64,000 nucleotides of DNA from Candidatus Tectimicrobiota bacterium (GTDB taxonomy: Bacteria; JACPUC01). The first letter of the stretch is position 1. Each line of letters starts with the position of its first letter. Positions 58,680-64,000 of the stretch are shown piece by piece. The notes below the pieces were generated by a model. That model was not told the origin of the DNA. It did not search any database and saw nothing but the letters and a program-made list of their open reading frames with translations. Made by a program: the position numbers and the translations under genes. The stretch spans positions 248,001-312,000 of the forward strand of contig JACPUC010000008.1 of the NCBI GenBank assembly GCA_016192455.1. The letters run 5' to 3'.

Positions 58680-59459
58680 CTAGCGGTGCTGCCAGTTCGG
58701 CTGGCGCTTCTCCAGGAAGGCCTCGATCCCCTCCGCCGCGTCAGCCAGTTTCACGAGCTGGTCCAGGTAAAGGCTTTCGCGCCGCGCCAGGGCCGCCATG
58801 AACGCCTCATGTTCCTCCATCAGCACCGCCTTGCGGGTGAGGCGCAGCACCGCGGCGCTCTTGGTGCTCAACTGCTGCACCAGCGCCGCCAGGCTCGATT
58901 CCAGCTCGCCATCCGGCACCACCCGCGTGACCAGGCCGCATTCCCACGCCTGCCGGGCGCTCAGGGGTTCCCCCCCGGCGATGAAGTCGAGCGCCCGCTT
59001 GGCCCCCATGACGCTGGGACAGAGCGCCGCGGCGATCGGCGGGAAGCAGCCGACGTTGATCTCCGGCTGGCCGAAGCGCGCGTTCTCGGTGGCGATGACG
59101 TAGTCGCAGCAAATCGCCACCTCGCAGCCGCCGCCAAGGGCGTGGCCATGCACCCCGGCGATGCTGATGCAAGAGAGGTTCAGAAGCCGCCGCATCACGG
59201 AGTGGAACTTCGTGAGCATCACGTACGCCACGTTCGGGCGGTGGATGCCCACCTCGACACCGGCGCAGAACGCCTTGGGGCCGGCGCCGGTGATGAGGAG
59301 GACGCTGACCTCCGGCGACGCCTGAAGACGATCGAGGGCGGCCGAAATCTCGTCGAACATCTCGGCGTTGAGAATGTTCAAGGGGGGCTGATTGAGAACA
59401 AGGCGCGCCGTGCGCTGCTCAATCTGAAAGGTGATGCGTGAGAAGGAATCCATCGGCAT
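58680..59459 (-). CDS. Enoyl-CoA hydratase family protein (dienoyl-CoA hydratase Dch-like)
   Basis: PPLNILN, FCAGVEVGIH, GGGCE, GQPEINVGCFPP, ESLYLDQL...DAAEGI. Confidence 0.85.
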   Translation of the reverse strand: MPMDSFSRITFQIEQRTARLVLNQPPLNILNAEMFDEISAALDRLQASPEVSVLLITGAGPKAFCAGVEVGIHRPNVAYVMLTKFHSVMRRLLNLSCISIAGVHGHALGGGCEVAICCDYVIATENARFGQPEINVGCFPPIAAALCPSVMGAKRALDFIAGGEPLSARQAWECGLVTRVVPDGELESSLAALVQQLSTKSAAVLRLTRKAVLMEEHEAFMAALARRESLYLDQLVKLADAAEGIEAFLEKRQPNWQHR

Positions 59460-59606
59460 GCTCCCAGTGCGCGGGACTTCGCCAGCTCGCGCACCCCATC
59501 CGCGCGAGCGCGCGGCACTCGCGGCGCCAGGGGTGGGGGGGATCAATGAGCCCTCGGAAAAAATCTCCTCCCCCTCTCCGTTCTCCACCCGGTAAATTCA
59601 CACGGC

Positions 59607-60926
59607 TCATACTGGACCACGTCGGGAGGCGCTCGCCGTAGCTGTCGGCGGCCGCCCGAGACCGGGGCCTTGTTGAGACTCCTGGCAGATTCTGCCGTAG
59701 ATGCCGGGATTCCTCAGCAGCGCCTCCTTCCAGCGGTGTATCTCCAGGCGGCGGCGGATAAGCTGCTGCACGACGCCCATGGAGCGGGCCTCCTCCGGCC
59801 CTCCGGCGGCGATCATGCCCACCAAGCAGCCGTCGCGCAGGGCGATCTTGCGGTAGACATCCCCGTTGGCGCTCGTGAAGCTGTACATCTCCACCCCCGG
59901 GCGCTCGCTGAAGATGCCGATCGAGGTGAGAGTGAGGCCGAAGGCATCGAGGACGTTCATGCTCAGGCTGCCGGGGTACCGCGCGCTGCCGCCGGCCATG
60001 TTCACGCCGGCAATCCTCCCCTGCTCCACGGCGGTCGGCCAGATGGCGTGCACCACCCGTTCACCGCTGAGGAAGTCAAAGCCCTCCGCGCAGTCGCCGG
60101 CGGCGTAGACATCGGGCTGGTTCGTTTGCATGCGTTCATCGACGAGGATGCCGCGCTGGCAGGCGATGCCGCTGCCGTGCAGGAAGTCGATGTTGGGGCG
60201 GACGCCGGCGCCCAGGACAATCATCTCCACGTCGAGCCGGCTGCCGTCCTTCAGGTGGACGAGCTTGCGCCCCTGCTGCTGGCTTACCGCCACGGCTTCC
60301 ATGCCGGTGCGCACCGTGATGCCGCTCGCCTCCATACGCCGCCGCAGCATGGCCGCCGCCGGCGGGTCGAGGAGGTTCGGCATCACCTGCGGCTGCAGCT
60401 CCACCACCGTGAACCTGATGGACGGCTTCAGCTTCCACATGGCGTTGATCGTCAGCAGGCTGATGAACCCTGCTCCCAGGACCGCCGCCGAACTTACCTC
60501 GCGGCTGCGCTCGCGGATGGCCTGCGCATGGGCCAGCGTCCAGTGCGGCAAGACTTCGGTCGCATCGAGGCCGGCGATCGGCGGCCGGTGCGGCGTCGAG
60601 CCCGTGGCGAGAAGGAGCTTGTCGTAGGTCAGCTCCTCGCCATCCTCCACGGTGAGCCGATGTCTCGAAGGATCGACCGCCGTGACGCGTTCGCCGAAGC
60701 GGCGCGTGATGCCGAGGCGCTCATAGTAAGCGTCGTCCTTGAAGAAGAGCGTGGCGTCGCCGATTTCGCCGCAGAGGTAGTACGGCGTGGCGACGCGCGA
60801 GTAGGCGGCGGTCGGCTCCTCCGAGACGAGGATGAGCGGCGTCGCCTGATCGCAGCGGCGCAGCGCCTCGCAGGCGTTCAACCCCGCGGCGCTGTTGCCG
60901 ACGACAACGAACGGAGCCTTCGCCAT
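59607..60926 (-). CDS. FAD-dependent NAD(P)H oxidoreductase (NirB-N/rubredoxin-reductase-like, AorC-like)
   Basis: VVGNSAAG, LLLATGS, VLGAGFI, GILVDERMQT..DVYAAGD, WPTAVEQG. Confidence 0.88.
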   Translation of the reverse strand: MAKAPFVVVGNSAAGLNACEALRRCDQATPLILVSEEPTAAYSRVATPYYLCGEIGDATLFFKDDAYYERLGITRRFGERVTAVDPSRHRLTVEDGEELTYDKLLLATGSTPHRPPIAGLDATEVLPHWTLAHAQAIRERSREVSSAAVLGAGFISLLTINAMWKLKPSIRFTVVELQPQVMPNLLDPPAAAMLRRRMEASGITVRTGMEAVAVSQQQGRKLVHLKDGSRLDVEMIVLGAGVRPNIDFLHGSGIACQRGILVDERMQTNQPDVYAAGDCAEGFDFLSGERVVHAIWPTAVEQGRIAGVNMAGGSARYPGSLSMNVLDAFGLTLTSIGIFSERPGVEMYSFTSANGDVYRKIALRDGCLVGMIAAGGPEEARSMGVVQQLIRRRLEIHRWKEALLRNPGIYGRICQESQQGPGLGRPPTATASASRRGPV

Positions 60927-61066
60927 GCTGGTCTTTCCTGCCAGCCGCCGGAGGCTACGGCGCCTCCTGCTCTGGGCGGCGCATGGAGGAACCCGCAGGG
61001 GCAACAGCGCGGCGGTGAGGAACCACCCGCCAGGGCTGACGCAGGGGGTTGAGAGAGGGCGAGGGG

Positions 61067-61552
61067 CTATCCCTGCATGGCGGCCTTGACGCGCTCGGCG
61101 AAGGCGCCGCGGCGGTGCTCCCGCGTCGTCTCGATATCGCGAAACTCCAGCGCCCCGGGAGCGCAGAATTTCACGCACTGCGGCTCGCCGTGGCAGAGGT
61201 CGCAGTTCTGCGCCACCCCGAGTTTCGTGCTGTACCCCATGACGCCGAACGGGCAGGCCAGCATGCACATCTTGCAGCCGATACACTTCGCCGCCGTCAC
61301 CTCAACCCAGCCGTTCTCCAGCTTGCCGATCGCGTCGGTGGGGCAGACCTGGCCGCAGGGGTAATCGTCGCAGTGGTAGCAGGCCATCGGCAGGTAGAAG
61401 GCGTCTTCCTGGAAGACCTCCACCCGGATACGCGAGCGCTGCGGGTTGAACTCCCCCTCGTGCTCGAAGCTGCAGGCCAGCTCGCACATGCGGCAGGCGG
61501 TGCATTTCTCGGGATGGATCACAAGCTGCTGCGTCACCGTGGCAGGTGCCAT
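61067..61552 (-). CDS. 4x[4Fe-4S] electron-transfer subunit (CooF/HydN/AorA-like)
   Basis: CTACRMCELAC, CYHC..PC..VCP, CIGCKMCMLACP, CDLC..PQCVKFC. Confidence 0.92.
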   Translation of the reverse strand: MAPATVTQQLVIHPEKCTACRMCELACSFEHEGEFNPQRSRIRVEVFQEDAFYLPMACYHCDDYPCGQVCPTDAIGKLENGWVEVTAAKCIGCKMCMLACPFGVMGYSTKLGVAQNCDLCHGEPQCVKFCAPGALEFRDIETTREHRRGAFAERVKAAMQG

Positions 61553-61614
61553 CGGGCAAACCTCCGCCGGGGCCAAGGCTGGAGCTCAAGGGACAGACTT
61601 TGAGAACGGCCCGC

Positions 61615-61643
61615 ATTGTTGCAAGCGCCGCCTGCGGTGTCAA
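61615..61643 (-). promoter_or_regulatory. sigma70 promoter for the Fe-S gene
   Basis: Minus strand TTGACA-17-AACAAT. Confidence 0.55.
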
Positions 61644-61831
61644 GGCGCTCCCCTCCCCTGGCGGCGCGCCAAGCCCTGCCGCTAACAACAACCCCGCGGG
61701 AAGGGCTGGAAACTTGCGACGTTTTGTGCTAGCTGTCGCTGGTTTGCTGTGGCCCCGGTTTCCCTGCAAGCCGTTCGCCACTGCTGTTTCGCACCATTCG
61801 GCCCACGCCGGCGCCTGCACGAGGATGATCC

Positions 61832-62293
61832 ATGTTGCAGAAGATCGTTTGGTTCGGCCTGGCCGGCGCCTTCGGCAGCCTCTCCCGCGCGACTCTGACG
61901 CGCCTGGTCCAGGCCCGTATCTACAGCGAGTTTCCGCTTGGCACGCTGACGGTCAACGCCCTGGGCTGCTTCATGTTCGGGGTCATCTGGGCGCTGGGGG
62001 AGGAAGGCTCGCTCCCCAGCGATGAGCTGCGCCTTGCCGTCCTCGTGGGCTTCCTGGGGGCCTTCACGACCTTCTCGACGTTCAGCTTCGAGGCGGGTAT
62101 GCTATTGCGCTCCGCGCAGTGGTGGTGGGCGGCGGGCTACCTCCTGCTGAGCAATATCGCGGGCGTTGTTCTGGCGCTTGCAGGCATGACGCTCGTGCGC
62201 GTATTCTACAGGGGCGCTCGGCAAGCCGGGCCGTTGGCTCGGCTCTTCGCCACGGCCGAAGAAATTTCGTTGCAGGGTCGAGAGAGCGGCTGA
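61832..62293 (+). CDS. crcB: Fluoride efflux channel FluC
   Basis: FPLGTLTVNALGCF, GFLGAFTTFSTF. Confidence 0.93.
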   Translation: MLQKIVWFGLAGAFGSLSRATLTRLVQARIYSEFPLGTLTVNALGCFMFGVIWALGEEGSLPSDELRLAVLVGFLGAFTTFSTFSFEAGMLLRSAQWWWAAGYLLLSNIAGVVLALAGMTLVRVFYRGARQAGPLARLFATAEEISLQGRESG

Positions 62294-62423
62294 CGCCCCT
62301 GCCCTCGCCGCGAATGCCTTGCGCGCGCGCCGAATCAGGCAAGCGAACTGGACCCGCGGAGGTAACGCCGCAGCCCTCCCACGAAGGCAATGGAGCGCTG
62401 CGCTGGAGCTTGAAGGACCGCCG

Positions 62424-63878
62424 ATGCAGCAACGAAGCAGGAAACTCCTGTCGCGCCTTGCTCTTGCCGCCCCCGCCCTGCTGGGTGCGCTGCTCTGGTC
62501 GCTCTGGTTCACGGCGCCGAGCTGGGCCGAAGCAACCGCCGCCGCGCCCGCCGCCGGCGTGGCGCCGTCGCTGCAGGCGCAGCGCCAGGTTCTCCCGAAC
62601 GGTCTCGTCGTGCTCGTGGCCCAGAAGCGCAAGCTCCCCATTCTGCGGGCGCAGCTCCTGCTGCGCGTTGGCGCGGCGCACGAGCCCGAGATCCAGGCGG
62701 GGCTGGTGAACCTCCTGGCGGCCCTCCTCGACAAGGGGGCTGGAGAGCGCAGCGCGGCTGAGATCGCCGAGACCATCGAGTTCCTTGGCGGCAGTCTGAG
62801 CGTCGACGCCTCGGCCTTCACCCTGGAGGTCGAGCTGGAGGTCCTCTCGAAGGACAGCACGCCCGGCTTCGAGCTCCTCCGGGATGTGGTGCGCCGGGCG
62901 ACCTTCGCCCCGGCCGAGGTGGAGCGCGCCCGCGCCGCAATCCTCTCCGAGCTGGCGCGGCGCGCCGAGAACCCGAACCAGGTCGCCGCTGATGCCTTCC
63001 GCGAGCTCCTCTACGGCGAGCATCCCTTGCATCGCCCCGTGGAAGGCTACGAGAGGACCGTCGCCAAGCTGACGCGGGAAGACGTCGTGGCGTTCTACGA
63101 TCGCTTCGTGCGACCCGGGCACGGCATCCTGGTCATCGTCTCCGACCTGCCGGCCGAGCGCATGCTGGCCCTGGCGCGGGCCGCCTTCGACTCCTGGGAA
63201 CGCGGCGCGGCAGCGGTGCCCGAGGTTCCCGCGGCGGCGGCGCCCCGCGGCCTGCGGGTGCGGGTGGTGGACCGCGAGGTCAACCAGTCCTACGTGCAGC
63301 TCGGCCACCTGGGAGTGCCGCGCGCCAGCCCCGACTACAACGCCGCGCGCGCCATGAACTACATCCTGGGCGGCAGCGGCTTCTCGTCGCGCCTCTACGA
63401 GACGGTGCGCGAGCAGCACGGTCTGGCGTACTCGGTGCACTCTTACTTCCAGCCGCAGGGGCGCGGGCCGGGGAGGTTCGAGGTGGGGCTGCAGACGAAG
63501 ATCGCCAGCACCTCGCAGGCCCTCGACGAGGTCTTCCGCGAGCTGGAGCGCATGCGCCAGGCGCCGGTGAGCGCCGACGAGCTGAAGGCGACGCAGGAGT
63601 ACTACCGCGGCTCCCTGCCGCGCCTGACGGAGCGCTATGGCCAGGTCGCCGAGCTGCTCCTCACCCAGGAATACCACGGCCTGCCGGCGGAGTTCTGGCG
63701 ACACGACATCGACGCCATCGAGCGCCTGACGGCGGCGGACATCCAGCGCGCCGCCAAGCAGTACCTCCACCCGCGCGACCTCGTCGTTTCCATCGCCACG
63801 AAGCGGGCCGAGCTGAAGCTGACCACCCCCGCCCTGCAAGGGGCGGAGATGCTCCCCGGCGACGGCGCGGCGCGCTGA
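62424..63878 (+). CDS. M16 (pitrilysin) family protein, probably non-catalytic
   Basis: LPNGL, GGSGFSSRLYETVREQHGLAYSV; NLLAALL in place of HxxEH; signal peptide. Confidence 0.88.
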   Translation: MQQRSRKLLSRLALAAPALLGALLWSLWFTAPSWAEATAAAPAAGVAPSLQAQRQVLPNGLVVLVAQKRKLPILRAQLLLRVGAAHEPEIQAGLVNLLAALLDKGAGERSAAEIAETIEFLGGSLSVDASAFTLEVELEVLSKDSTPGFELLRDVVRRATFAPAEVERARAAILSELARRAENPNQVAADAFRELLYGEHPLHRPVEGYERTVAKLTREDVVAFYDRFVRPGHGILVIVSDLPAERMLALARAAFDSWERGAAAVPEVPAAAAPRGLRVRVVDREVNQSYVQLGHLGVPRASPDYNAARAMNYILGGSGFSSRLYETVREQHGLAYSVHSYFQPQGRGPGRFEVGLQTKIASTSQALDEVFRELERMRQAPVSADELKATQEYYRGSLPRLTERYGQVAELLLTQEYHGLPAEFWRHDIDAIERLTAADIQRAAKQYLHPRDLVVSIATKRAELKLTTPALQGAEMLPGDGAAR

Positions 63879-63887
63879 CGTAGTACC

Positions 63888-63923
63888 CCACGAATTTCGC
63901 GCTCTCAATTCGTGGAGATTTTT
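63888..63923 (+). terminator. Possible intrinsic terminator
   Basis: CCACGAATT / AATTCGTGG stem followed by AGATTTTT. Confidence 0.5.
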
Positions 63924-64000
63924 ACCGCGAGGGAACCTCGCCCCCTCGCGCACCCCATGTACGCGAGCTGCGCGGTAGCCCGCGCAGCCCCCACGCCCCC

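Noticed and set aside
61700-61831. Fluoride riboswitch upstream of crcB
   Set aside because: Could not find the GGCGATGG...CGCC / CTGATG consensus by eye; Infernal with the Rfam crcB model would settle it
1041-63953. Many long antisense or alternate-frame ORFs (e.g. 1041..2804, 4606..6573, 21116..23236, 47360..50296, 62082..63953)
   Set aside because: Expected from high GC3 and few stop codons; they overlap well-supported genes and show no motifs
1-64000. CRISPR array, cas genes, IS transposase, rRNA
   Set aside because: No regularly spaced short repeats or matching protein/RNA motifs seen

Overview
High-GC bacterial chromosomal window with about 50 supportable genes and no rRNA, complete tRNA or CRISPR array. 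From left to right it holds: (1) a UbiA prenyltransferase and two tandem COG1233 flavoproteins, then a polytopic membrane protein, a membrane protein fused to a multiheme cytochrome c (7 CXXCH + 1 CX4CH), and three tandem TMTC-like GT-C/TPR glycosyltransferases; (2) housekeeping and miscellaneous genes (CinA-like, eIF-2B-like, MFS, NUDIX, a secreted beta-propeller protein, truD, smpB); (3) a heme-b/c-type cytochrome gene with an upstream FNR-like box, lying between smpB and the tmRNA gene; (4) a decayed composite island at the tmRNA 3' end, with a 190-bp ssrA duplication, an RPP-ending Cys-rich uORF plus cusCBA, AbiEi and a frameshifted AbiEii, a tRNA-end fragment, chrA-padR and a recombinase-module remnant, but no integrase; (5) a CoA-ligase / reductive-dehalogenase-like / MBL-TPR cluster, a candidate structured sRNA divergent from a LysR gene, and egtD with a betaine/ergothioneine-type ABC importer; (6) a minus-strand run of larC1, a CDF transporter, a flavin monooxygenase-like gene, a stand-alone NuoF, a [2Fe-2S] ferredoxin, a short BoxB-like diiron epoxidase, two crotonases and an AorA/AorC-like pair without its catalytic subunit; (7) crcB and a non-catalytic M16 subunit. 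All calls come from reading motifs by eye; no database searches were run, and several start codons are best guesses.
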